A stretch of 64,000 bases of DNA, taken from the NCBI RefSeq assembly GCF_006345805.1, contig NC_042998.1, forward strand, positions 202,368,001-202,432,000, given 5' to 3'. Shown here piece after piece: positions 1-12,063 of this stretch; positions within the stretch are counted from its first letter, which is position 1, and each line of letters starts with the position of its first letter. Source of the stretch: Octopus sinensis. Taxonomy: Eukaryota. The position numbers were made by a program, and so were the translations under genes. Under the pieces are notes generated by a model. The model was not told the DNA's origin, ran no database searches, and was given only the letters and a program-made list of their open reading frames with translations.

Positions 1-1960
1 TTCTTCTTATTCTTCTTATTCATAGTCGTAGTAGTTTTCTTATTATCTTTTATTATTCATAGTCGTCGTAGTCTTCTTCTTCTTCTTATTATTCTTCGTC
101 GTCGTCGTAAGGTAATTCTTCTTATTATTCTTATTCTAGTCGTCGTCGATTATTTATCTTATATTTTATTAGTAGTAGTTATAGTCTTCTTCTTCTTCTT
201 TATTTATTATTCTTATTCTTTCTTCTTCTTCATCGTAGTCGTATTTACTTCTTCTAAATTATTCTTCTTATTCTTCATCGTAGTTTCTAGGTCTTCTTAT
301 CTTATTATTCTTATTCTTATTCTTCTTCTTATTCTAATTCTTCACCTTCTTCTTCTTCTACTTCTATTACTTCATAATTATTATACTTTTCCATTCTTAT
401 TCTTATACTTCTTCTTATTATCTTATCATCGTCGTAGTCGTCTTATTATTATTCTTATTCTTATTCTTTATTTCTTATTCTTATTTACTTTTCTTCTTCT
501 TCTTCTTATAATTCTTTTTCTTATTCTTAATAGTTCGTTAGTCTTATTCTTATTATTCTTTCTTCTTCTTCTTCTTATTCTTATTATAATTATTAAATTA
601 TTATCATTATAATTATTCTTTTCTTCTTTATAGTCGTCGTCGTTTATTCTTATTCTTATTCTTCTTATTATTTTATATTCTTAAATTCTTTATTATCTTC
701 TTCTTCTAATTATTATTATAGTCTTCTTAATCGTCGTCGCTTCTTTTGTCTTATTCTTATTCTTATTTTCTTATTCTTCTTAAAATTATATTCTTCAATT
801 CTTATTATTACTTCTTCTTTTATTATAATCGTAGTCGTATTATTCTTCTTCTTATTCTTCTTTTCTTCTTATTTTCTTATTCTTATAATAGTAGTAGTCG
901 TTTATTATTCTTATTCTTTTCTTCTTATTATTCTTCTTATACTTATCCCTTTTCTTCTTCTATTCTTCTTCTTATTCTTATTAATCGTCGTCGTCTTATT
1001 ATTCTTCTTATTATTCTTCTCTTTTCTTATTCTTCTTCTTCTTAATCGTCGTCGTAGTCTTCTTCTTCTTATTCTTATTCTTCTTATTATTATTCTTATT
1101 ATATTATTAATCGTCGGAGTCGTCTTTTCTTATTACTTCTTTTATTCTTATTCTTATTATTCTTAATCGTAGTCGTTCGTATTATTCTTTTCTTCTTTCT
1201 TCTTCTTATTATTATTCTTCTTCTTATTAATCGTCGTAGTCGTATTCTTATTATTCTTCTTCTTATTCTTATTCTTTTATCTTCTTCTTCTTCTAGTAGT
1301 CGTTACTTATTTATTCTTCTTCTTATTCTTCTTATTCTTCTTATCTTCTTCTTCATCGTAGTAGTTTCTTCTTATTCTTCTTCTTCTTCTTCTTCTTCTT
1401 CTTATATCTTATAGTCGTCGTCGTCTTATCTTCTTCTCTTCTTTTATTCTTCTTATTATTATTCTTCTTATTCTTCTTCTACTTCTTCCCTTCTATTCTT
1501 CTACTTATTCTTCTTCTTCTTCTTCATCGTCTTCGTCTTCTTCTTCTTCTTCTTCTTCTTCTTCTTCTTCTTCTTCTTCTTCTCTTCATCGTCGTCGTCG
1601 TCTTTTTCTTATCTTCTTCTTCTTTTCTTCTTCTTCTTCTTCTACTTCTTCCCACTTCTTCTTCTCACTTCTCTTTTTTCTTTTCATATCGTCGTCTTCT
1701 TCTTCTTCTTCTTCTTATCTTCTTCTTCTTCCTCTTCTTCTTCTTTTCTTCTTCTTCATAGTCGTCGTCGTTCTTCTTCTCTTCTTCTTATTCTTATTTT
1801 CTTCTTATTCTTCTTCTTCTCTACTTCTTCCCCTTATTCTTCTTCTACTTCTTCTTCTTCTTCTTCTTCATCGTCGTCGTCTTCTTCTTCTTCTTCTTCT
1901 TCTTCTTCGTCTTCTTCTTCTTCTTCTTCTTCTTCTTTTACTATTACTACTACCTCTGCT
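1..1960. repeat. Degenerate trinucleotide microsatellite field (TTC/TTA/TCG/TAG), continues off the window start
   Basis: Near-continuous mixed triplets, TTA-rich at left grading to TTC-rich at right. Confidence 0.95.
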
Positions 1961-2339
1961 GCTACTGCTGCCGCTTCTTATGCCGAGCTCGGAAGGAAGA
2001 CAAATAGTTTTGATCACGACGGGATTTGAAATTGTAATGTAAAGGACTGGAACAAATAGCACGTTTTCAAGACCAATTCTGCAAATATCCCCTTGATATT
2101 GAATAAAACCTGACCTAGATATCACATTCTTCTCCAAATATGACAGGCTTATTTCCATTACATTCTACATCACGTGTCACGCCCAAAGATGTCAATGATT
2201 AAGGAACCTTCGGTTCTGTAGACAAATTAGAGTGTTCCTAGGTTTGTTTCCTGTAGCCAGCTGATAAGGCCATCTTGAATTTTTCTTTTTCTCTCTCCTC
2301 CAGCATCTTCCTTTCAGTTTCCCTGTTGTGAAACATTAA

Positions 2340-3300
2340 AGATTTTGTCTTCTCATACGATTCGCAATGTACTTAACTTCTTAATTTTTAATGTTGCTAA
2401 CATGTTTTTTGGTATTTTCTGTTCATTTAAAGAATTCACTATAAGCCTTTACACATGTTTCTTGATTTTCACGATCGCAGAACCATATTTTAGGATGAAT
2501 TATATTTATTTTCCTAATATTCATTTCCTTATTCTTATGAATCGCCATCTACCGAATAATATGAGATTATATGTCATCAATATCAGCCTTGCCCTGTCAA
2601 TTTTCTTTATTCTATTTCTCTGCGGCTTTTCCCATCAGATGTAGTCATGGTTCTCAAATACTTAAAGTTATTAACTTGTTTCCAACTTGTTCTATTAATG
2701 GCTATATTGCAAAGTAAAAGTACATTCTTGACGATTGTGATTTCGCTTTTTGGCTCAGATGCAATTACACTTACATCATTTTTACAGCACTAAATATTGC
2801 AGTTATATCCTTCACCGTTAATGCTATGAGGAATTAATGCTATAAGGAATGTGTTTTCTCTATAATGGTAACTGTCGATATTTTGTCATCTTATCAATAT
2901 AGCTAATAGTTGTTGAACAGATCAATCAAATACTTCGATATATAATGAAAACAAAGCTGGTAACAACATACGACCCTGTTGCACGCCTCTTTTGATCTTC
3001 TCATGCTGTCCTATTACATTTCTAGTTCGGATTACTGAATATTCCACTTTGATTTATCATTTTAATGTTTTCGGACTTTATTATTACATCAAATGCTTAG
3101 GCGTATTCAATGAAATATATGTAGATGTTTATACCTCCGTTGCACGACCATTGCTTTTCTCAGAATGCGCATTAGTGTTAGGTAATACTCTCTGCTCGAT
3201 TACAGTTAGCCGTGAACTTGATCACTTGCTCAGCTAGAAATAGTAACCAAATCTCTCTTAAACCAAAAGGAAAATATTGGATAATAACTATTTTTTTAAT
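2340..3300 (-). mobile_element. Degraded RTE-like LINE RT remnant
   Basis: Minus-strand translations KRGVQQGRMLLPALFSLYIE (~2930-2992; cf. RGVRQGCxLSPxLFNLY) and QVNNFKYLRTMTTSDGKSRREIE (~2610-2680; cf. EQVxxFKYLGSxITxDG); many stops and frameshifts. Confidence 0.55.
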
Positions 3301-3639
3301 GTAATCGATCGTCAGTCTGCTCCCTCAATGTTAACCTTTAGCTAAAGAATCATGAGTCTCCACAAAAACGGCGTGATCACATAAGTAAACAGATTCAGTT
3401 AATATGAAGTGAGAAGCTATACTCATATTGCCTGAGTCACGGGTAGCTTCGATTCCAATCATATATATAAAATTAAAAAATTTAATGCAGCATATTCCTA
3501 GATATTCTCCTGTAAATAATTAAATATTCGTAATAAACTTATACAATAAATTGAAATGCAAAATCCCAATTGTTACGTCCATACGGTCATCTTTCTCCTA
3601 TAAATTTATCATTTTCGTCCCCTGTTATCATAATATAAT

Positions 3640-3775
3640 ATTGGTTTCAAATTTTGACACAAGGCCAGTAATTTGGGAAAGTTGGGTAAATCTATTATAT
3701 CGACTCAAGTGATCAACTGGTACTTATTTTATCGACTCCGAAAGGATGAAAGGGAAAGTCGACTTCGGTGGAATT
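3640..3775 (+). mobile_element. SINE-like repeat family A (core TCGACCCCGAAAGGATGAAAGG...GTCGAC)
   Basis: Same core recurs at ~5195-5290 (-), 6402-6625, 7110-7180, 18100-18190, 21058-21210 and in tandem at 45240-45916. Confidence 0.7.
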
Positions 3776-5308
3776 AGTCATCAAAGTATTATATCAGCAG
3801 TCTAAATTAAACTGGAATACCCTACAAGCTTTGTTAATTGTAAGTGAAATGGTAACTATGTTACTCAAACACTAACTTCAGGGCACGCTGTAATACAGTG
3901 TATGTATCTAACTATTCATAGACATTGTCCTATCTTTGGTGATTTATAAATAAATAATTCATAAATTCGTAATTTCATTTATGCTATAATTATAATATAA
4001 TTTTATATCATTTGGCTATAATCACATCATATATTCATGTGCGTATATTTGATGAATATATGTTTAGCAACGACGTGCTAATAGGACTTGTTGGATAAAC
4101 TACAAAGTTTTTATCTTTATGTTGCTCTTTCTCTCACTTTTCCGCCAAAGAATGAACTGAATAACAACGCAGCTACTCTAACCCGTCATTTGTAGGCTTG
4201 ACAAGATTATTAAGTTCATCTGATTTACATTAATAGAAAAAAAAGTTAGAGTGTGAATCAGAGACGCACAGACAGACACACACTAAACAAATTAGCTTTC
4301 ATCTACATTTCAAAAAGGGCTACACTGCCTGAACTTAACTTATTTCCAACGTTTGCGCACTTTTACTAGTATACTTAATTCTAATTAATCATAGCTAAAT
4401 TTTCTATGAAAATAAGCACACGTTAAGTCTGTCCTTTTTAAAAATACTTCTAAACTATGTATTCTACATATTGAAAGTATGCGATAAGCACTTCTCACAA
4501 AAAACACACAACTGGTGACACTGTCCAGTTCTTCTCCGGCTGGAAACTACTCTCCTGAGAGTGTCCCAGAGATTAACCACGATGTGTATATGCATAATAG
4601 GGCTAAACTGATGGTAATTACCCATACTCCTTCACCTTGCAACAAACACATTTCCCTAAGATGGTTTTGAACGAGGTTATCATCTTTTGACTACATTATA
4701 TAATCTTCTTAGTAAATAATTTTATGTAAGATCTTATAAAAGAGGGGTTTCATCCTTATGGATCAACTATCACCTCAACGTAAGCATTCCTCCACTACTT
4801 TCCGGTTTGTTTCTTTCACGACTCCTAAAATTTATATTTCCTATATGTATGACATCTATTGTAGTTTAACGCCAACATCAAGTATTTTATTTCTTGCTGT
4901 ACAATCTCCACATGATCCATATACTATATTTTTTTAAGTATTAGTAATTGTATCCTTTCCAAACTTTTGCCTACAAACTTCTGGCACAATCTAAATAGTA
5001 AAATACATTAGATGTTGCCAAATTCGGCAGTAAAACAAAGTAACGTTGTTTTCGAGTACAAGGAACGGAATTGGCAATAAAACCCTACCTCAGTTCCCGA
5101 TACACAATACGATCGAATTGGTAGATCGGTAACACATTGGAAAATGCTTTTTGATATTTACTTACATTCCTATACGTTTTGTATTCAAATCCTTCAAGGT
5201 TCGACTTTACCATTCATCCTCTAAGTTTATTTAAAGAGATATCGTTAATTCTTGAATAGATAAATCGATTGTAGCATTCTCCCAAATTTGACACATTTTG
5301 CCTACGAT

Positions 5309-5355
<47 letters not shown>

Positions 5356-6401
5356 AGTCTATATTGTTGAAGGCTCAAATAATTCTGAAGTCGATATTGC
5401 ATCCATCTATCTAGGGACCAATAAAACATATATCTGACCAAAAGGCATAGGCTGTAAGAATTGGCATTTTTTCCAGAAGGAAATATTTTGTGGTAGAATG
5501 CTTCCATTCTGTACATATCGGTTCCTTTCTTGGTGATGCATAGTTATGTTAGGTGTGATTCAATTTTGCTGTGCAGATTTTACCTGAGTACTTCGTTTAA
5601 AGTTTATGTGTTAATCTGGGCCATTTACACTCGAATTCAAGGAATAAGTTATTCAGGTGTCTGAAGGAATTGTATATTCATCGTCTAAATCGCTGGAAGA
5701 CCCGTCTACATTTCTACATTGACCATACGAATTTCAGTTTCAACTTTTTACGTTTTCGGAATAGTTACAATCAATGCCAATCAGAAACTAGCATTGATCT
5801 AATTAAGTTAATGAAGTGGCTATCTAAACTTGACAAAACTAATTTTATGTTTGTTATACTTCTGAAATAAATGTTGAACTGGTAGAAATGCGAGAGCAGA
5901 TTAGTACACACTGATACAAATCATAACACGGTATCTATCAATATTTCTTTGTCGTGTTGATAACATATACATTACAAAATAGCATGTGCTTCAACTAATC
6001 AAAAATAACGTATTTGCTAATTTATCTACAGTGCATACACCAATAATATAGAACTTTAATTGGAGTCTGCCGTTTTCGATGATGGATATTCAGTTGTTCA
6101 ATCAACTGTTCTACTTATTGAATTACTATGTCATTTGCTGAGGACTCCAAAGCCGTGGGTACTTTGACATCATTCTCATGTAGCATCGTTGTTGCAAGGG
6201 ACCACTTCAAGTTATAGGAACAATCCACCTAGGCTTCTAAGTAGTTTCCACCTATTCAATTGAAAAGAATTAGTTGACCTCAGTATATGGCAAAATACAC
6301 TTGTCCATTCTGTTAAGCATCGGATCGAAACGGGACTATCATGACTGTGCAGTGAACGTCTTAAATCTTCGACCATGATACATCCACAATTTGCTAATAT
6401 T

Positions 6402-6625
6402 GGTTTCAAATTTTGGCACACGGACAGCAATTTCCGGGCAGAGTATAAGTCTATAACATCGTTTCCAGTGTTCAATCAGTACTTATTTTATCGGCCCCGG
6501 AAAAATGAAAGGCAAATTCAGCCTCGGCAGAATTTGAAGTTAAAACGTAAACCCAGCCGAAATACCGCTAAGCAGTTGGCGCTGCACTGTAAAGATTCTG
6601 ACAGCGTGCCGACTATAATTTGCTG
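6402..6625 (+). mobile_element. SINE-like repeat family A copy
   Basis: GGTTTCAAATTTTGGCAC...TACTTATTTTATCGGCCCCGGAAAAATGAAAGGCAAA...CGGCAGAATTTGAA matches the other copies. Confidence 0.7.
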
Positions 6626-7184
6626 ATATTTGTAACGTACATATATTATATATTCCAAAAAGGTACCGGCGTTAGCATTAATTAAAAAACAATTCTGAAA
6701 TAAAGATTTGTCAACAGGCAGTTAAAAATATATATGTTGATGAACATTGATGAAAAACTTTATTCTGCCGGTTTTATTCTTTTAATTTAATGAACCTTAA
6801 CGAGTGGTTAATAGTTTCCTTCTAAACATAACTCCACACTAAAACATTTTATGAGGAATTTCTTGACTTTCATTGCTTAACCATCAAAATTTAACACAGA
6901 CTGAAATATAGAAAAATCAATTGAAAATTATTGTGTATGTGTCTGATGAATGTTAGGTTCATTAAGAGGTAGAACCCTTGCATTCGCAACATGTTACGGC
7001 AGGGGAAAAGCTCTGTTTTCATTCATTTAATGTGCTGCATGTAAATTAATGATCGTCTCTTAGAAAGGCAGAACAAGAAAATACAAAGATCTAAACATGA
7101 ATCAATGAATGATAATGGCTTCAGATTTTGGCACAAAACCAGCAATTTTGGAGAAGAAGATAAGTCGATTACATCCACCGGATA

Positions 7185-7570
7185 TGTTGGTGTGAATTCT
7201 GGCTCGTTAGCATAAAGAATTGCCAGTTTCAACTATATAGTTCTCCTTTCACGTAGAACGGGTTATGCAATATATTGAGTTTTGTGTTTTACAATACATG
7301 TTTGCATTTATTTTGAATGTGTTCGCACTCTTAAATTTTATTTGGATATTTTCCTCTCAATATTTGTAGATGGGGTTACTGCAGATCCCATATCTTCTAT
7401 CTCCACATTCTTTCACAAAGAATACGGTTTTATTCTCTGATAAGAATTTTGATCATGACAGTTGTTTTTTCAAGTTTTTCTCTTGGCGTCTAATGTTTCT
7501 TATGCAGTATTTGTTTAATAAGTTTCCCATTTTGGGGCTTTGTAGGACTATTGGTAAGTTTGATTGTAGG
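7185..7570 (-). mobile_element. Penelope-like element GIY-YIG endonuclease remnant
   Basis: Minus-strand TFKINANMYCKTQNSIYCITRST*KENYIVETGNSLC*RARIH and upstream RQEKNLKKQL...VKECGDRRYGIC, typical of the PLE C-terminal Cys/GIY-YIG region. Confidence 0.65.
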
Positions 7571-7974
7571 ATTTGAAACATGTTGGTAACTCCAGTGTTA
7601 CCAACGTGCCAGAATGCCTAAGATATAGGCATATGTGTCTGTGTGTGTATTTATATACACAAATAGAGATATTCTTACATCTAGGTTTTCCAACCCATAC
7701 CGGTATGGGAATCAAACATTGGATAATAATGATGATGAAAATAAGTCCAGCGAATTTTTTGAAAAATAACTTTCATTATTCCCCATCAAAACAGAGCCCC
7801 CTTAGAATAATCACCTGGTCTTGCTATTTGCACAGACCAAGAATCAACTTGTCATATTCTATTGAAAGAACTGTCCAACTGTATAGATGTAAATACATGT
7901 TTTCTTCATTTTTTTCTTCCTTCTTTCCTTTCTATCCTATTTTCCATTGACATTAAGACAAAACATATTTTTTT

Positions 7975-8160
7975 CATTTTGAAAACATTTTTCTTTCAGA
8001 TCCCTGGTGAGCTGGCCGAACCAAAGTAAACATATGTTCCAGCCACCTACGTAAAAATATTCTTTTCTTTATCTCCAGTTCAAAACATTTCCTTTCAGGC
8101 ACACGCACACACGCACGCACGCACGCACACACACTCACAAGCACAAACACACACAAATAC
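7975..8160. repeat. Dispersed ~140 bp repeat ending in (CA)n, copy 1
   Basis: TTTCTTTCAGA...GAGCTGGCCGAACCAAAGTAAACAT...CCAGCCACCTAC...TTCCTTTCAGGCACAC matches 10215-10440. Confidence 0.75.
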
Positions 8161-8280
8161 AAACGTTCTCTCACTTTCTGCCTCCACTATCTGTCCATTC
8201 CCCTCCCTCTTTTCCTACGCTTTACACTCCACACTATTCTTTTTTTCTCCCTCTCTCTCTCCATCCCAAACCATTCACTA

Positions 8281-8680
8281 ATCTTTATATATAAAAGTGA
8301 GGTTGTGTGCTGTCTGTCTCCTACGATTTAGATTCCTAACTACTCCCACATTTTGCGGTGCAGCTTAACCAAAACCAGGTATCTTATAGTCGTGATTCAT
8401 ATCGAGCCCTTCTGGGTATTAGCGCGCGTCTACGATGAGTTTACGATTAAAAAAAAGATTACCATGCTTTTTTCCATTTTAATGCATTTTTTCGCTATTA
8501 TATAAAGGAAGTAATTCTCTAAAAATGTCTACGATGAGTCAACGATTTTTAAAAAAATTTACCATAATTTTTTTTCCATTTTTAATGCATTTTTTGCTAT
8601 TTTTTGGCTATAACTCTCTAAAAATGCTTATATTGTTATTTCCCTTACAAACCCGAGCAACGCCGGGCGATACTGCTAGT
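8281..8680 (-). mobile_element. Non-autonomous Helitron-like (Lep1/DINE-1-style) element
   Basis: Minus strand starts ACTAGCAGTATCGCCCGGCGTTGCTCGGG and ends CTTTTATATATAAAGAT; related copy at 48651-49045. Confidence 0.55.
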
Positions 8681-8839
8681 ACTATAAAAAGGACAAATCC
8701 CTTCACACAATTTAAATCTGAAGAATCTATTAGAGTAGACGAAAATATATGATTTGTAAAAGCATATGACATGTTAATAAATATTTGAATATGTACAACC
8801 ATCCAGATCACTAAATACCTTATTTGTTCTTTTATACAT

Positions 8840-8874
<35 letters not shown>

Positions 8875-9240
8875 ATATATTTAGTTATTTTCTGCATAAT
8901 TTTCGAATTGAAAAGCCGACATTTTTATTTACTGCCGACAAGCACGGAGCATATACCGGATTGCTTGTGTATATGTTTAATCTAATGTGTACCTGCTGAA
9001 GAATACTTCGCCTAGAAAATTATTTTATTTGCGAAAAAAAGTCAGAAACCATGGTCTAAGATATAGATGGTAAATGTATATCATTTTCGTTCCCTTCGAA
9101 GTTTTATCCCTAATAGTGGTTTGGAATTTAACAGTCCTTTTTAGCGTGCAAGGAGTCCTATGATGGATGCCTCTCATGTGTTTAAATGTACACTGTGTGT
9201 ACATGCCTCTTATGTATACAATTTATTATATGTATATATG

Positions 9241-9400
9241 TACGACAGCCTTCTTTCAGTTGGCGCCTACCAAATTCATTTACAAGACTTTGTTCGGTCC
9301 GAAGCTATAGTAGGAGACACCTGGCCAAAGTGCCACGCAGTGGGACTGAACCCAGGATCATATCTGTGGGAGGCAAGCTCCTTACCGCCACCATCCCACC
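9241..9400 (-). mobile_element. tRNA-type SINE family B
   Basis: Minus-strand head GGTAAGGAGCTTGCCTCC...GGGTTCAGTCCCACTGCGTGGCAC (B-box-like); copies at 32540-32695 and 62170-62290. Confidence 0.7.
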
Positions 9401-9428
9401 CATACCCTCACACACATATATATATATA

Positions 9429-9469
<41 letters not shown>

Positions 9470-10214
9470 ATATATATGTATATACATCGTTATTACCGAC
9501 AGGTCGATAGACATATGTAACACACTGCCTAAATACCAATCTTGAGAAATTTAGCTTCTCAAAACCAGAAAGGAGAAAGCTAATTCGAAGACTACAGAAC
9601 CAATCAATCACTGGAACTGTAATACATCTCTAAAACTTCCCAGATGTCTATCATTTAAATATATAGATATGCAACTATATGCATGAGAATACATACCTAA
9701 AACATACAAATCTGCACATACATGCATAGATACATACATACATACATACATACATACATACATACATACATACATACATACATACATACATACATACTAA
9801 GAAAAATTCCTTGCTGTTGATGTTGAAATTCGTGTGAAGAAGCCTTGGATCTCGGTTAGAAACCGATTCTTTTACTATTGGCAAGGAATCTTGAAGTAAA
9901 CTGAAAAATGACATACAAACTTACGCGCAGTAAATATTCTTGGATAATGTAGTGTTTCACTTTCTCGAATAGGTGCTAAAATCAACGTTAAAAATTAACA
10001 GATAAACCGAAAAATGCAAATTGTATGGACTTTACTGTTCATCGTTTCTGTTACGGTAAAATAAGGAAGCTAGAAAGTAGGAATATAAGGGTGGATTACT
10101 GTGAAATCCGTAGTAAAAAGGGCAAGAGAATGTTAATATCTGCGGAACTTGAATTCAGAATATAAAGATTTGAATCTAAATACAGCATGGCACCGTGGTC
10201 GATTGTTTATTTTA

Positions 10215-10353
10215 CTTTGAAAAAGTTTTTCTTTCAGACCTCCCCGATGAGCTGGCTGAACCAAAGTAAACATCTGTTCCAGCCACCTACTTAAAAATAT
10301 TATTTTCTTTATCTCCGGTTCAAAACGTTTCCTTTCAGGCACACACAAACACA

Positions 10354-10418
<65 letters not shown>

Positions 10419-10440
10419 ACACACACACACGCACGCATTC
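10215..10440. repeat. Dispersed ~140 bp repeat ending in (CA)n, copy 2
   Basis: Matches 7975-8160. Confidence 0.75.
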
Positions 10441-10740
10441 CATTTAACACAGACACAAGTGCTGATGTTTTATTGCAGTATACATACACGTAAATACATG
10501 CATGAAAAATATATACACACACATGCACATACGCCCACAGAGACACTCACAGACACAGGCGCACACACACATAAACGCAGATACACGCACATGGACACAC
10601 ACACACACACACACACACGGAAACATAGACACTGAAAGAGATGTAGTATTGTATTCTTCCATTTGTCATTTGTTTTTCAGAATACTTCATGTGAAATTTT
10701 GTATCGTAAATGCATTAGAGTACGCGGGGAAAGTTACGCC

Positions 10741-10798
<58 letters not shown>

Positions 10799-10806
10799 TA
10801 ATATAA

Positions 10807-11352
10807 TCCCTGATGCAGTACCAGGCAGTGGCTCTCATGGCTTCTGATCTAACTGATTGGAAGTGTTATCATGTACATTTGTTTTGTCTTGGTATAAAAA
10901 GATGGGCTACAGCAAATATTCTGCTCAATACCACAGATTTGCTTGTCGGTTGTTTGACCTTAAACAGTTGAGCATGTCCCTTAGTGGCTGACGATATGTG
11001 CATCTTGATCATGAGCAGAAGTAGTGGAGGAGCATCATAGCCATGTGTTGAGAGGGATTCTGAGTTGGAATAATTCACCTCTGGAACATGGGTGGTTCTT
11101 TCAACATCCTTAAACAACCCTTACTCAGGGACCTTTGAGCGGGATGGGTACTCAACCTGAAGAAAATTCTAACTGGGCCCCAACTGCAAGGTCATGTGCT
11201 GTTATCTTGATATGAGATCACCATGTCGCGCACTATGGTTGTGATGCATGTGCCTGGTGTACCCTTATCAGACGGGTAGTCATGATGGGTATATTGGGCT
11301 TCGTATATTTTACCCCAGTGCCACTTTGATGGCATGCACTGCTCTCTCACTC
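10807..11352. mobile_element. ~546 bp non-coding element flanked on both sides by (AAT)n
   Basis: Complex sequence of higher GC than its flanks, between pure AAT arrays at 10740-10806 and 11353-11400; no meaningful ORF. Confidence 0.5.
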
Positions 11353-11400
<48 letters not shown>

Positions 11401-11404
<4 letters not shown>

Positions 11405-11768
11405 TGCTTTCTAATTGATGTATCAATACCGGCAGATGACAACGTGTCTCTAAAAGAAATGGAGAAACTTTCAAAGACCTGGAAATAGAGGTAACCAGAA
11501 TGTGGAATCTAAAAACAGAAACAATTCCTATCATAGTAGGTGCATTAGGCATGATAAAAAATATTCAGACAAATACATAACAAAAACACCAGGACTTACA
11601 AACACATATAACATACAGAAAATTGCACTACTAGGTACTGCACAAATCCTACGCAGAACACTTTCCATGCAATAACCATCAGAGCATCACAACAAATCAC
11701 AGCACATACCAAGGCACAGAGAGCTGCGTCGGTAGTGAAGTGAAAGCACGCTATAAAAATAAACTACT
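11401..11768 (+). mobile_element. 5'-truncated R4/Dong-like non-LTR retrotransposon (REL endonuclease C-terminus plus 3' UTR)
   Basis: Translation across frameshifts CFLIDVSIPADDNVSLKEMEKLS..DLEIEVTRMWNLKTETIPIIVGALGMIK...IQKIALLGTAQILRRTLS*; AAT arrays on both sides. Confidence 0.85.
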
Positions 11769-11846
11769 GAATAATAATAATAATAAAATAATAATAATAA
11801 TAATGATAATGATAATAATAAAATAGTAATAATAATAATAATAATA

Positions 11847-11878
<32 letters not shown>

Positions 11879-12020
11879 AATAGTAATAAATAATAATAAT
11901 AATAATTATGATAATAATTATAAAAATAATGAGGATAATAATAATAATAAAAAAGATGATAATAATAATAATAATAATGAAAATAATAATAATGATGATG
12001 ATAATAATAATAATAATAAC

Positions 12021-12062
<42 letters not shown>
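11769..12062. repeat. (AAT/GAT)n then (ATT)n microsatellite
   Basis: Direct reading; the orientation switch occurs at about 12020. Confidence 0.95.

Positions 12063-12063
<1 letters not shown>

Noticed and set aside
1868-2158. 96 aa ORF containing KTICLP (trypsin-like PICLP)
   Set aside because: No other protease motifs or convincing splice sites; it ends in a microsatellite and adjoins an RTE remnant
8714-8755. Hammerhead-like CTGAAGA...GAAA with helix I AAAT/ATTT
   Set aside because: The helix II closing pair is broken and there is no valid UH cleavage triplet; at most a decayed copy
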